IMG/VR virus record: IMGVR_UViG_3300002542_000355
Location: 11,781 to 75,780 of that record
From: a virus
Length of the DNA stretch: 64,000 nt
Strand: one strand, 5' to 3'
Below the pieces are notes generated by a model. That model made no database searches. It was not told where the DNA came from and saw only the letters and a list, made by a program, of their open reading frames with translations. The position numbers and the translations under genes were made by a program. Below are positions 35,177 to 46,312 of this stretch, piece after piece; position 1 is the stretch's first letter; each line of letters begins with the position of its first letter.

Positions 35177-35956
35177 ATGGCATTAAATTTAGGGCGTTAT
35201 GGTTCTAGGGAAATTATGAATTTTACCTTTTTTGATTATGTTACTAAAAATCCCATTTTAACAATGGATTATGCAACTTCAGCACAGACAGAAAATACCG
35301 CAGAAACAGTTTATGCGAGAGGTGGATCTGGAAACCCAAGGCGTATTGCATGGCATGGTGATAAAGAAACTACGGTAACTGTTGAAACTCAAATTTTTTC
35401 AATGCAACATCTAGCATTACTTGCTGGTGAAAATATTTCTTCAGGTGCAAATGATATTTACAAAAATGAAACTTTAACGGTTCAAGATGGCGGAACTGGT
35501 GAAAAGGTTATTACCTTGTCTAAAACTCCTGTGGGTACGACAGCAGATATTGCAGTATTTTCATATGTAAATGGAATTTTGGGTCAATCACAAACTGTTG
35601 AAAGTATTAATGCAAATGAAGTTCAATTAGCTGTTGGTTCTACAGTAAATATTGGTGAAGAAGTTATGGTATTTTATAGATGGAGCGCAACAAGTTCACA
35701 TAAACTATCCTTTACTGCAAAAGGATTTCCTCCATATATTTTTATGGTTGGTGACACTGTGTATTCTGATGAAATTTCTGGTGAAATTGTATCTGCCCAA
35801 TTGAAATATTATAAAGCAAAATTACAACCAAACTTTACGATTACTAATTCTCCAACAGGAGATCCTAGCACGCTATCACTTACTATTGATGTGTTTCCGG
35901 TTAAAATTAATGGTGTAGATACACTATACGATATGGTTATCTATGAAGATGCATAA
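35177..35956 (+). CDS. major tail tube protein
   Basis: ETVYARGGSGNPRRIAW; strong RBS; no sheath gene nearby. Confidence 0.8.
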   Translation: MALNLGRYGSREIMNFTFFDYVTKNPILTMDYATSAQTENTAETVYARGGSGNPRRIAWHGDKETTVTVETQIFSMQHLALLAGENISSGANDIYKNETLTVQDGGTGEKVITLSKTPVGTTADIAVFSYVNGILGQSQTVESINANEVQLAVGSTVNIGEEVMVFYRWSATSSHKLSFTAKGFPPYIFMVGDTVYSDEISGEIVSAQLKYYKAKLQPNFTITNSPTGDPSTLSLTIDVFPVKINGVDTLYDMVIYEDA

Positions 35957-35960
35957 AACA

Positions 35961-35990
35961 AAAAGGGCGTATCAAATGATACGCCCTTTT
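35961..35990 (+). terminator. intrinsic terminator
   Basis: aaaagggcgtatc/gatacgccctttt. Confidence 0.75.
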
Positions 35991-36020
35991 AGTATTTAAT
36001 AATTAGGGAGAGATGATTTA

Positions 36021-36536
36021 ATGCCAAAACAAAAAAAACTCACACTGGCAACAATTAATAAATTAAATAGCGAATTCGATCAACGTAAAACAATTTATGT
36101 CTGCGGAGACTATCCAGTTCAAGTTGACATAAAATTTAGGAAAACAAAAATTCAAAAAATGATTTTGGATTATATTATAATTCTTGAGGATTTACGAAAA
36201 CAAAAAAATGTTAATGAAGAAACGCTAATGCGAACAACTTCATTAATCAATACTTTAATTGTAAAATATTTTACTGATATTCCAGTTCCCCCAATAGACA
36301 ATATTGAAAAATTAATTCAGGTATCTAATGCACTTCTTGATTTAGGCATTATGGATGTATTATTTGATGGTAATAAAAATGGCTTCCCTAAAGATCAACT
36401 TGAATTAGTAAAAACAGAAATTGATAAAGTTTCTAAAAATATTGGTCAATTACTTGGAGAAATGGGGATTAAAGCAGTATTGAATGAAAATAAAGATGAA
36501 GAGGAAGTTGATAATGAAAACAAAATTAAAAGTTAA
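36021..36536 (+). CDS. tail assembly chaperone
   Basis: Position after the tail tube gene. Confidence 0.55.
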   Translation: MPKQKKLTLATINKLNSEFDQRKTIYVCGDYPVQVDIKFRKTKIQKMILDYIIILEDLRKQKNVNEETLMRTTSLINTLIVKYFTDIPVPPIDNIEKLIQVSNALLDLGIMDVLFDGNKNGFPKDQLELVKTEIDKVSKNIGQLLGEMGIKAVLNENKDEEEVDNENKIKS

Positions 36537-36545
36537 ATATAAAAA

Positions 36546-37064
36546 GTGGTGATTATTTTGATAAAAATCAATAATCTAAAAGAATTAGAAAAAATATTAA
36601 ACAAAAAAATTGCTTCAGCATTACAAAATGAAGTTGCTCAAACAGCAAAAGAAACCATGAGAGAAGTAATCTATGAAGAAGTCTATCCCAAATATAAACC
36701 TAAAGCATACGACCGTAAAATGGATAATGGTGGTCTAACAGATTATGAAAATATGCAAATTACAGTAATTAATGATAATACAATTGCTTTAAGAAATATT
36801 AGAAGTGATTGGGAAGGTACTACTCCTGATTTGGATATAATAACAGGTGAATTTTTCCAGAGTGGTATTCCAAGGCTTGATAGAGATGTTCCCATGGTTG
36901 TTGAAACTGGAGATGGATATGAATGGGATATATTAAGTGGGAAAAGACCACCTCCAAGACCATTTCATGAACCGACTAAAGAAGAATTAGAGAATACAGG
37001 CAAAGCAAAATATGCGCTTTACAAGGGTCTGAAACGACAAGGCTTAAATGTTGAACCAAGGTAG
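36546..37064 (+). CDS. HK97 gp10-like tail completion protein
   Basis: PPPRPFHEPTKEEL motif. Confidence 0.55.
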   Translation: MVIILIKINNLKELEKILNKKIASALQNEVAQTAKETMREVIYEEVYPKYKPKAYDRKMDNGGLTDYENMQITVINDNTIALRNIRSDWEGTTPDLDIITGEFFQSGIPRLDRDVPMVVETGDGYEWDILSGKRPPPRPFHEPTKEELENTGKAKYALYKGLKRQGLNVEPR

Positions 37065-37072
37065 GTGATTTA

Positions 37073-38071
37073 ATGAACATAAAAAAGAATATGGTTCGTG
37101 ATCGTGCTGATAAATTACCAGAAGTAACAGATGAAAAATGGATGCAAGTATCAAGTGAACATAGGAGACTTGCTGAAGAATTTTTAGAAATGAATTCGTC
37201 ATTATCTCCTAAAACGCTTGTTCAGTATAGATCGGGAATACGACAATTTTTCTGGTGGGTTCATCAATCGCTTTCTGATAAACCCATAACCAAAATTTCA
37301 AAAAGAGATTTTCAAAGATATATAAATTATTTAGATTCAAGGAAAATGTCATCAAATGCAAAAAAGTTCAAGAAATCAGTAGTGTCAAGTTTTTGTAATT
37401 ATATAGAGAATATGGTTGCAGATGACGAAGAAGAATATAAAAATTTTCGTAATTTTACAAGGGGCTTACCTCCAATTCCAACAAATCATGTTTATGAAAA
37501 GGTAAAAATTACTAAAGAAGATTATGAATTAATGATGGATGTTTTATTAAATGAAGAAGATTATTTGGGTGCTGCTTGGGTAGCTACAGCATTTAATGTT
37601 GGCGCAAGACGCGCAGAAATTCCTCAATTTAAAACAGAAATTCTTAGTTACCCTATACCAGAAGGACAAAACTATGTGTTAAGTCATATTGTTCGTTTAA
37701 AGGGCAGAGGAGAAGACGGAAAGCAGGAGCCTTACATGATCAATCTTGAAGCCTTAAAATACATGAAGTTATGGGCAGATAAACGTGGATACGATCATGA
37801 ATATATTTTTACTGTTAAGTATGGCGGGGAAATTGTACCAGTATCAGAACAATGGGCTAATGATTTTTGTTCAAGGAAACTTTCAAATATACTTGGTAGA
37901 CGTATTAATCCTCATTTGTTTAAAGCGTCTTGTGTGACATATTTGTTGGAACAAGGCGTAGATTTGGCATTAGTTTCAAAATATATTGCTCATCATAATG
38001 ATGTATCAACTACTATTAAACATTATGATTTGCGCGATTTTGCAGAAGAAAAAAATAAAATATTTGGTTAA
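37073..38071 (+). CDS. YomM-like tyrosine-recombinase-fold protein
   Basis: GARRAE, NPHLFKAS, AHH and KHYDL; recalled similarity to SPbeta YomM, and the same position. Confidence 0.85.
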   Translation: MNIKKNMVRDRADKLPEVTDEKWMQVSSEHRRLAEEFLEMNSSLSPKTLVQYRSGIRQFFWWVHQSLSDKPITKISKRDFQRYINYLDSRKMSSNAKKFKKSVVSSFCNYIENMVADDEEEYKNFRNFTRGLPPIPTNHVYEKVKITKEDYELMMDVLLNEEDYLGAAWVATAFNVGARRAEIPQFKTEILSYPIPEGQNYVLSHIVRLKGRGEDGKQEPYMINLEALKYMKLWADKRGYDHEYIFTVKYGGEIVPVSEQWANDFCSRKLSNILGRRINPHLFKASCVTYLLEQGVDLALVSKYIAHHNDVSTTIKHYDLRDFAEEKNKIFG

Positions 38072-38099
38072 AATATAAATTTTAAAGGGAGATGATCTT

Positions 38100-38531
38100 T
38101 TGAAATTATATAACCACGAATTAGAACCTTTCATTGAATTCCTCTATAAACTCAAATTGTCAGGCAAATCATCCCGAATGAGAGTCCGTTTTATTAATTT
38201 ATTAACTGAAAAATATAAATTATTCAAAGAAGAACATATGCAATTAATTAAAGAACATTCAAATTTAGACGAAAATGGAAACCCTAAGATTGTTGAAGTA
38301 AATGGGGTTAAACAATTTGATGTGAAAGACTTGGTTTCTTTTAATAAAGATTATACAGAATTATTGAATGAAGAGGTAGTTATTGAAGAATCAGAAAGCA
38401 ATAAAGAAATGCTTTTAAGTGTTAAAGAGTCTGTATTAAATTGTAACCAAGAATTTGAAGGTGAATCTGCAATTCAACATGATCGTTGGTGTGAAATTAT
38501 GGAGCAGATTTGTTATGAAAATGACAAATAA
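38100..38531 (+). CDS. DUF1617-like phage protein
   Basis: KLSGKSSRMRVRF..LDENGNPK motif; TTG start with RBS. Confidence 0.6.
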   Translation: MKLYNHELEPFIEFLYKLKLSGKSSRMRVRFINLLTEKYKLFKEEHMQLIKEHSNLDENGNPKIVEVNGVKQFDVKDLVSFNKDYTELLNEEVVIEESESNKEMLLSVKESVLNCNQEFEGESAIQHDRWCEIMEQICYENDK

Positions 38532-38733
38532 ATGTAGATCAGATTTTGAACATGATAAAGTATATGCTTCATATATTTTGTCATCTTATCCTCTTCAACA
38601 CTCTTGGATTTGTTCTAAATGTGGTGAAAGTGGTATAGACGTTGGATATAATGTGCGCGAATTAAGTTATGAAGAACTATTGAATTATTTTCCAAATATG
38701 CATAAACGCATACGCAGATATTTTCTTGATTAA
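38455..38733 (+). CDS. small zinc-ribbon protein (probable start 38515)
   Basis: WICSKCGE motif. Confidence 0.45.
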   Translation: MKVNLQFNMIVGVKLWSRFVMKMTNKCRSDFEHDKVYASYILSSYPLQHSWICSKCGESGIDVGYNVRELSYEELLNYFPNMHKRIRRYFLD

Positions 38734-38790
38734 ATCGTTTGCATTTGCGTCTGCAAAGGGGTAAATGCAGACGCTTTAGGCAAGAAAGAT

Positions 38791-39156
38791 TTATTCTTCA
38801 GGTGTTATGTTGTTGTTCATTGAATCTTTGTAAAATTGCACTTTTGTAGGCCAGTCAATACCGTATTTTTTGTAAATTTCACCTATAACATCATCTGGAT
38901 AGTGTAAGTAATTATAAATTGGCATTGTTGTGAAATTTGATCTAAATCTTTTGGGAACCCAAACAAGATCATATCCAAGTGTTTCAGCAATTTCTAAAAT
39001 TTCGGTATAGCGAATAGTACCCTTTGACAATTTATTGTTTAAATTTTGAACTGTATCTTTTTTATTAAAACGTTTATTAATTTCTTCAACTATTTCAGTT
39101 AATTTGTAACCCTGTTGTATAAGTATTATTTTGATTTGATTCTTTATTGAATCCAT
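38791..39156 (-). CDS. HTH DNA-binding protein (moron regulator)
   Basis: IKNQIKIILIQQGYKLTEIVEEIN..NLNNKLSKGTIRYTEILEIAETLGY. Confidence 0.7.
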   Translation of the reverse strand: MDSIKNQIKIILIQQGYKLTEIVEEINKRFNKKDTVQNLNNKLSKGTIRYTEILEIAETLGYDLVWVPKRFRSNFTTMPIYNYLHYPDDVIGEIYKKYGIDWPTKVQFYKDSMNNNITPEE

Positions 39157-39244
39157 CTAATTCACTCCTTGTAAAAATATTTTAACGGATAATTTAATTA
39201 TTTTCAATAAATTTTATTACTAAACCTTATAGTTTAAAATTATA

Positions 39245-39273
39245 TTGACAAGGATAATTATATGGTATATTAT
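39245..39273 (+). promoter_or_regulatory. sigmaA-type promoter divergent from the HTH gene
   Basis: TTGACA-17 nt-TATTAT. Confidence 0.65.
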
Positions 39274-39311
39274 TACATTAGTAAGTTTAATATTAAACTG
39301 TTTTCGGAGGG

Positions 39312-39563
39312 TTGACAATGGATTCAAAAGAATTGATTCGATTGATGGACAGAGCTTGTGATGGTAAGCAGGAGTTTTTAGATTACTTGGAGTATGTGGA
39401 TGTTCACATTGAGGATGAAGATGTGTATGAGGAAATAATTAGTTGGCCTGATGATAAGGTAGTTGGGTTTGCAAATTGGTGGGATTGGGATTTAGATGAA
39501 CTGAGGGATGCGGTTTTCTTATTCAATAGTAATTACATAAATAACAAGGGACACTGTGCATAA
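39312..39563 (+). CDS. small acidic hypothetical protein (moron)
   Basis: RBS GGAGG, own promoter, terminator at 39590-39623. Confidence 0.7.
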   Translation: MTMDSKELIRLMDRACDGKQEFLDYLEYVDVHIEDEDVYEEIISWPDDKVVGFANWWDWDLDELRDAVFLFNSNYINNKGHCA

Positions 39564-39643
39564 ATAAACAGATACAAATATTTATTATTAAAGAGGTAAT
39601 ATCTTCATGATATTACCTCTTTTGATTTGAAAGGGGTGAAAAT

Positions 39644-41464
39644 GTGCTAAGTCGAGACGATTTGCTTATTTTAATTACTGCAACATTAAATACCGGAAAA
39701 TCAATTGGTGAAATTAATGCAGCGATTAAGGGAATAGAAAAGAAAATAAATAAATTAAAATTAAGAGTAGAAGTTCCACAGGATTTTCAAAAGCATGTTG
39801 AAAGTTTTATTAATGCTGCTGAAAAATTGAAAAAAGTTTCTGATGAACAAAAAAGAGTAGTTAGCGAAACAATCAAAGAATTTGAATACGCTGATGGAAC
39901 TACTAAAAAAATAATTCAACGACAGTTGGCTGATGGACAAATAATTACAAGCACAACGGAAAAGATCAAAGAGCAAACTAAAACTGTTCAACAATTAAGT
40001 GATGATGTCGAACGATTAGGATTGGAATATCAAAAGACATATAGAGTTAATAAAGATGGTACACAAATTCTCACTCAAGAAATTAGACAAACAGAAGATT
40101 TAAACCGTCAAATAATAAAATATAATGAACAAGGAAAAGTTACAAGCAATATTATTAAAGATAATATTGGACAAAGAGAAAAATATAATAAAAACTTAGA
40201 ACACACAATTAAATTATATCAACAACAAGCTAGAATTAATGTTGATGATTTAACAAGACGTTTTGGAGAAGATATTGATCATAATGCATTAAGTAAATGG
40301 CTGGATGACGTTAATAGTTTAAACAGAAGTGTACCTGATGTAGATAAACGAATGAAGGAATTATCTACATCTCTTAAAGAAATTGAAACGAATGCAAAAA
40401 GAATTCAAGAAATTAGAAAACGCGGAACCTTAATAGGTCAGTCAAATGATTTAATTGGTAATGAAGTAACTGAAAATCAATTAAAGAATGTATTAGCATT
40501 AAATGAAGCATTTAAAGATAGAGAAATTAGAGAAATATCATTAAATAGTACCACTGGAAAATGGACTGCAACACTTAAAGAAAATGAAAATCAAAATAGA
40601 ATATTAAAAGGTACTATTGATAAAACCACTGGAAGCATTTATTTGCAAGAAAATGCATTGAAACAAGCACATGCTAGTCAACTAGGAGTATTAAAACAAC
40701 TGGAAATTGCTGCCAAAAGAGTCCCCGTCTGGATGCTTGCAATGACAAGTTTTTATGCTCCAATAAGGGGATTAAGAGAAGCCGTTAGAAATATTATTGA
40801 AATCGATACTCAAATGACTGAATTGGCAAGAGTGCTGCCAGATCAAGTTGAGTTATCAGATATTTTGCAAACAAATATTAAATTGGCCAACCAATTAGGA
40901 AAAAGTATTCAGGATATTAATGAAGCGGCAATTGGATTTGCAAGACAGGGATTTGGAGAAGATCAAATTAAATATCTCACAGAGGCTGCTGTATTAGCAG
41001 CGAACGTTTCAGAACTGACAGTTGAAGAATCAATGTCTGCTATGACAGCGGCGATGACAATATTTAATGTTAAAGCTGAAGATTCTGTTAGAATAATTGA
41101 TGCTCTCAACGAAGTAGATAACAACTTCGCAATTACAACCAAGGATTTGGCTTTAGCATTACAACGTGCAGGAAGTACGGCAGTTGCATTTAATGTAACT
41201 TTAGAAGAAATGATTGGTCATGCTACTGCTATTGGTGTTCAAACAAGAGAATCGGGTAGTGTCATTGGGAATGCACTAAAAACGATTTACTCTCGTTTAA
41301 CAACGATGGACTCAAGTATTGATGCCCTCGATTCCATTGGAATTAAAATAAAAGATGCCAGTGGAGAAATGAAGTCAGCTACACAAATTATTTCAGAACT
41401 TCAGGAAAAATGGAATTCGTTATCGGCAGAACAGCAACAGAATATAGCGGTGACACTGGCGGGT
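39644..41464 (+). CDS. tail tape measure protein, exon 1
   Basis: TP901-type TMP core (GFARQG..TRESGSVIGNALKTIYSRL); frame ends at ..TLAG at the intron. Confidence 0.88.
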
Positions 41465-41803
41465 AAAAATTTGCCCACTATTCAAGTGATTGAATAGAAA
41501 AAAGTTGGCTATATCGGTAAACCCCCTAACGTAAAGACGAGGGAAATACCGAGGAAAGGTTAATAAGTATACATTTAGGCTGAAATATAATTTAATAAAA
41601 TTTCTTACTCAGCCTAATATATATACTTATTAAAATCCGTAACGACTATACGCCAACCATCTTATAGTAAGATGATGATATAGTCTGAACTCTATGGAAA
41701 CATAGAGAGGGAAGGTCGAGTGTAAAGACACTCTTGGAAGTACCCTCCCCGCTATAGATTTAATCTATAGTCAGTAGCCCTAATGGGTGAAAGTAACAGA
41801 TTG
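41465..41803 (+). ncRNA. group I intron (339 nt, no homing endonuclease)
   Basis: Exon GGU| pairs with the IGS GCCCAC; P3 GUUGGC/GCCAAC; P4 UCGGU/ACCGA; P7 GACUA/UAGUC in GUAACGACUAUA and GAUAUAGUCUG; terminal omega-G at 41803; splicing restores TLAG-RYQLSRF in frame. Confidence 0.9.
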
Positions 41804-44800
41804 AGATACCAGTTGAGCCGTTTCTTGGCTTTGATGCAAGGCCAACAACTGTCTATTGATGCAACAAAAGCTGCTCTAAATTCATATGGTTCAGCCGTAA
41901 GAGAAAATGAGAAATATTTACAATCGCTCGAAGCAAGAATTAATATGATGAAAAACGCATGGACTGAATTGGGTCTTGCAATGGGTGATGCTTTATTAAC
42001 AGACTCTATTATAGTTTTAACTGAATTTGCTAAAGGATTAGCTAATCAATTAAAGGGACTTGTTGATAATTTTGGTGTTTTACCAGTAGTATTAGGAACA
42101 GCAGGTTTTGCAGCAGGGGCATTGAGCAAAAATTTTCGTACATTAACTATTGCATCAATTTCTCTTGGAAAAGGTATTACAGCACTTGGCGTATCTGCAC
42201 GTGCTGCTACTGCTGCGTTGCGTGGATTGGCTTCGGCAACTGTAGTAGGAGCAGTATTTGTTGCATTAGGATATGGATTAGAATTACTTATTAATTATTT
42301 GGCAGAGGCTAATAATGAAATAGAGCAATTTGAAGATCGATTAGAAGATTTAAATTTTCAGTCCACTGGCTTAGAACAATTGATTAAAGAATATGAAGGA
42401 TTATTAAATAAAACTGATAAAACAATTGAAGATCAGCAAAGAATGCGCGAAATACAAAGACTTTTTGTAAGCGAGTATGGTGTTGCAATTGAAGCCGTAA
42501 ACGAATATGGAGAAGCTTATGCAGAAAACATTGAATTAGCTAAAGAGAGATTGGAAATATTAAAAGAAGAAGTTAGGTTAGAAAAGGAACGAGCAATAAA
42601 TGCTTATAAAAAAGAGGAATCAGAACAGATTGAAAGATTAGAGAAAGAACAACAGGCAATTGAGAAGTATATAAAAAATATCAAGAAACATGAGCAATCT
42701 ATCAGGGAATATCAAGAGAGAATTAGTTCAGGAAAAGTAAGTAGCGAATATTTACAATTTGCACGAGAAGAAATTAGTAGACATCAAAGAGAAATAGAAA
42801 AATATCAGGATAAATTAGCAAAATCTGAAGAAAATTATAAGAAAACTTTAAATAATATAATTTTAAATAACTACAAAGCCTTTGAAAAAATAATGGATGA
42901 TTTATCAGAACAAGGGATAAAAGTTAATGATAAAATTAGAGGAATAATTCATGAATGGGCTAAAATTTGGGCAACCGAAGGGAAAACTATTGATCAAGTT
43001 AGTGGTACTGTTAGAAAGTTAATTATTGAACTAACAAAATTGCCAGAAGATGCAAGTATCGATGATTTGTTAAATCTATTTAAAAAGTTGAATATTAAAT
43101 TTATTCCAGATGAAAATATTGATTCTATGAAAATATTTAAGATTATATTGTCTGGAATGTCAAACGAATTGCAGTATGTTAATACTGAATTGGATGAAAT
43201 GGCTGATCAGACTGATAATGCAACAGATTCAATTAAAAATTATCTATCAGAGATTAAAGAATTAAATGCTGTATTACGAGATTTGAATAGTAATCAAACA
43301 TTAAATGCAGAAACAGTTTTTGATTTGATAATAAAATATCCTCAATTAATAAATCATATACATAAAACAACCAATGGTTGGAAAATTGAAAAAGAAGCTA
43401 TTATTGCACTGAGGGCAGAAAGAATTAATGATCAGATTACTGCTATTCAATCGCAAACTCAAATGTCCGATGCAGTAATTAAGGAATTGGGAAAGAGATT
43501 AGAAAGTTATGATATCGAAATATCTAAGATATATGACTTAAAAACGGCTAGAGAAGAATTAGCCAAAATTGATAAGCCCCTTTTAACTTCAAAGCCCATA
43601 CTTATGTCAGATGAAGCATTTTTACGTGAAGAATTTGAGAAAAAATATGGGGCACCAAATATAAATTTATTTCAAAAGATGGCCTATGACAAAGCGTTTG
43701 AACAATTTTTACAAAGTGAAAAAAGGGCCTATGAAGAATATATAAAATTATATAATGATACAATAAATTATGGTAAATCAGAAGAAGAAAGAAGGAAAAA
43801 TGCAGAAGAGCTTCAAAAAAGACTAGAGCAATTAAGAAAGGAATTGGAGACTCCAAGTTTTGGCGACACTGAATCAAAATCTAAAAAATTCGATCCATAT
43901 ATTATTGATGAATATGCAAATAAAATTAGTGAATTAGAACTTCAACTTGACCAATCAGAAACGCGACAGACAAGATTAAATGAAACTTCGGCTGAATATA
44001 GACAAGAACTAGAATTACAAATTGAATTGTATCGTCAGATGCAAAACCTTACTAAAGATCATATAAAAAGTCTTGAAAATCAGAATTTAACTCTAAGCAA
44101 TCAAAGAAAACGGTTATCTCAGAGTAGCGAAGAATATCATAAATTAACAGAACAGATAGACAAAAATAATCAAAAAATTATACAATTAAAATCTTCAATT
44201 GAATCTTGGGAAAGAAGTATTATTTCTAATGAAAAAGAACTTGTCAATATTGCAAAGCAGATTGAGGAAGAATTGTTAGATAAGCAAAGAAAAGCTGAGG
44301 AAGAAAAACGAGAAAATGCTAAGAGAACTTATGATATTCAAAAAGAAGCAGCAGATTTATGGAAAGATTATATCGAAAACACCGCTGATGAAATAGTTGA
44401 TATATACAAAAAAGCATTAGAAAAACAGCGTGATTTGGCAATTGATCATATTCAAGAACAAATCAAACTTGAAGATGAAAGGCACAAGAAGCGAATCGAG
44501 AATTTAGATGATGAGTATGGACGATTTGAGGAAATAATTAACGCACAATTAAAATCATTAGATAGGACTAAAGATGAAGAAGATTATCAAAAGGAATTAA
44601 CCAAAAAACAGCAAAAACAACTAGAGTTACAGAAAAAAATAGACGAATTATCTCTTGATAATTCTATTGAAGCGAAAGCAAGAAGAGCGGAATTACAAAA
44701 AGAATTGGCTGAATTAATTGAGGAAACTGAAGAATTTATGCGTAATCGACAAATAGAATTACGCAAGGAAGCCTTACAAGACACTTTAGATAACAAGAAG

Positions 44801-45652
44801 AAAGAAATTGATAATATTAAGAAAAGCGAAGATAAAATACATGAAACCATAAAGAACAGATTAGAGAAGCAATTAGAGGACGAGAAGAAGTTTTGGGAAG
44901 AATTATTGAAAAACGATCAGTTTTTTATGGATTTAAGACAGAATATTATTGATGGCAAAATAGAAAATATTAATACAAGTATTGCAGGGTTAAAAAATCA
45001 AGTTGAAAGTCATATGATTTCTATTGGACAATCCATTGATGATAATTTTATAAAAAAATTACAACAAGCACAATCGATGCTTGAATCAATAGATTACTCA
45101 AATCCAGCAGCACCAAAACCAAGAGACGAAAGTCAATATTATCAACCAAAAAATGATTTTGAAAAAAGAATCATTGAACTAATGAAAAAGAATAGCGAAG
45201 AATGGTTTTTTGCCTCAGATGCGCAGCGCAAAGAACTAGAGAGAATAAATGAGCAATATGCTGAGTTTCTTGGAGGGAATATATATAAATCAAAAGGCGT
45301 TTGGTATAAAGATGGATTACGTTTGTATCATGAAGGTGGAGTAGTTGGAGATCCAAGTAAATTTTCATTGGCTCAAAAACTTCACAAATTATTGAATCTA
45401 AAAAATAATGAAGAACTTAGTATATTGAAGCATGGTGAATTGGTGTTAAAGAATCCAATTGATTCATTATCGAAAATGCTGAGTAGTTTTAATCTTGCAA
45501 ACTTGATTAATCAACGAACTGGTGAAGGAAATCGAATAAATAATATTAATATTTATATTGATAAGGTAACTGGAGATCGTAAAAGTGCGGAAGATGTTGC
45601 ATCAACGATTGTTAAGCGTTTAACAGCAAGAGGAGTTGTACTAAATAATTAA
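41804..45652 (+). CDS. tail tape measure protein, exon 2 (spliced product about 1889 aa)
   Basis: RYQLSRFLALM..YLQSLEARIN; long coiled coils; C-terminal LYHEGGVVG. Confidence 0.88.
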   Translation, partial: RYQLSRFLALMQGQQLSIDATKAALNSYGSAVRENEKYLQSLEARINMMKNAWTELGLAMGDALLTDSIIVLTEFAKGLANQLKGLVDNFGVLPVVLGTAGFAAGALSKNFRTLTIASISLGKGITALGVSARAATAALRGLASATVVGAVFVALGYGLELLINYLAEANNEIEQFEDRLEDLNFQSTGLEQLIKEYEGLLNKTDKTIEDQQRMREIQRLFVSEYGVAIEAVNEYGEAYAENIELAKERLEILKEEVRLEKERAINAYKKEESEQIERLEKEQQAIEKYIKNIKKHEQSIREYQERISSGKVSSEYLQFAREEISRHQREIEKYQDKLAKSEENYKKTLNNIILNNYKAFEKIMDDLSEQGIKVNDKIRGIIHEWAKIWATEGKTIDQVSGTVRKLIIELTKLPEDASIDDLLNLFKKLNIKFIPDENIDSMKIFKIILSGMSNELQYVNTELDEMADQTDNATDSIKNYLSEIKELNAVLRDLNSNQTLNAETVFDLIIKYPQLINHIHKTTNGWKIEKEAIIALRAERINDQITAIQSQTQMSDAVIKELGKRLESYDIEISKIYDLKTAREELAKIDKPLLTSKPILMSDEAFLREEFEKKYGAPNINLFQKMAYDKAFEQFLQSEKRAYEEYIKLYNDTINYGKSEEERRKNAEELQKRLEQLRKELETPSFGDTESKSKKFDPYIIDEYANKISELELQLDQSETRQTRLNETSAEYRQELELQIELYRQMQNLTKDHIKSLENQNLTLSNQRKRLSQSSEEYHKLTEQIDKNNQKIIQLKSSIESWERSIISNEKELVNIAKQIEEELLDKQRKAEEEKRENAKRTYDIQKEAADLWKDYIENTADEIVDIYKKALEKQRDLAIDHIQEQIKLEDERHKKRIENLDDEYGRFEEIINAQLKSLDRTKDEEDYQKELTKKQQKQLELQKKIDELSLDNSIEAKARRAELQKELAELIEETEEFMRNRQIELRKEALQDTLDNKKKEIDNIKKSEDKIHETIKNRLEKQLEDEKKFWEELLKNDQFFMDLRQNIIDGKIENINTSIAGLKNQVESHMISIGQSIDDNFIKKLQQAQSMLESIDYSNPAAPKPRDESQYYQPKNDFEKRIIELMKKNSEEWFFASDAQRKELERINEQYAEFLGGNIYKSKGVWYKDGLRLYHEGGVVGDPSKFSLAQKLHKLLNLKNNEELSILKHGELVLKNPIDSLSKMLSSFNLANLINQRTGEGNRINNINIYIDKVTGDRKSAEDVASTIVKRLTARGVVLNN

Positions 45653-45702
45653 GGGACTAGAAAATATCTAGTCCCTTAAATTTATTCTTTGGTGGTGGAG
45701 AT

Positions 45703-46296
45703 ATGGCTATTCGTTCAAGCGAATACTTTATTTTTGATGGCATACCATCAAATAGCTTTGGAATCATTAATGTAAACATTAGCTCAGGGATGCAAGAGGA
45801 ACCCTTTGTCGCAGGAAGAGAAATAAGGGAAACATCGATAAGAGGCAATGACAGGCCATATTTTCAAGGGATTGATCGTCAGCCTTTACAATTTAATGTA
45901 TCCTTTGCTTTTGAAGAAAGATGGAATAGAGAATTGATCAATAAAGTGGCAAGATGGCTAACCGATCATGAGTATTATAAGCCGCTCATCTTTTCGGATG
46001 AACCTGAGAAAATCTATTATGCTCTTTTCGTTGATAACCCTACATTAATTCACAACTGCCTATCTGAAGGTTACATCAATTTAACGGTGCGCTGCGACAG
46101 CCCTTATGTTTACAGCCCCCTGAGCCTGACCAAAATTTATGATTGGAATGAAACGCCACAAACAATAGAGGACTCAAATATGAGTCAAGGGGAATTAAAC
46201 AATTTGATTGTAGATGCAAATGGAAGACTTGTTTTACATCCGAATAAAACGAAATGGTCAGACTTACCGTCTTCTACGCAATGGAAAGATCTATAA
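45703..46296 (+). CDS. distal tail protein (Dit), N-terminal part
   Basis: YFIFDGIPSNSFGIINV..RWLT..YKPLIFSD..CDSPY. Confidence 0.75.
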   Translation: MAIRSSEYFIFDGIPSNSFGIINVNISSGMQEEPFVAGREIRETSIRGNDRPYFQGIDRQPLQFNVSFAFEERWNRELINKVARWLTDHEYYKPLIFSDEPEKIYYALFVDNPTLIHNCLSEGYINLTVRCDSPYVYSPLSLTKIYDWNETPQTIEDSNMSQGELNNLIVDANGRLVLHPNKTKWSDLPSSTQWKDL

Positions 46297-46312
46297 GCAA
46301 AGAGGTGATTTT

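Noticed and set aside
41465-41803. Frameshift or two separate genes in the tape measure locus
   Set aside because: Complete group I core and precise in-frame splice junction explain the break.
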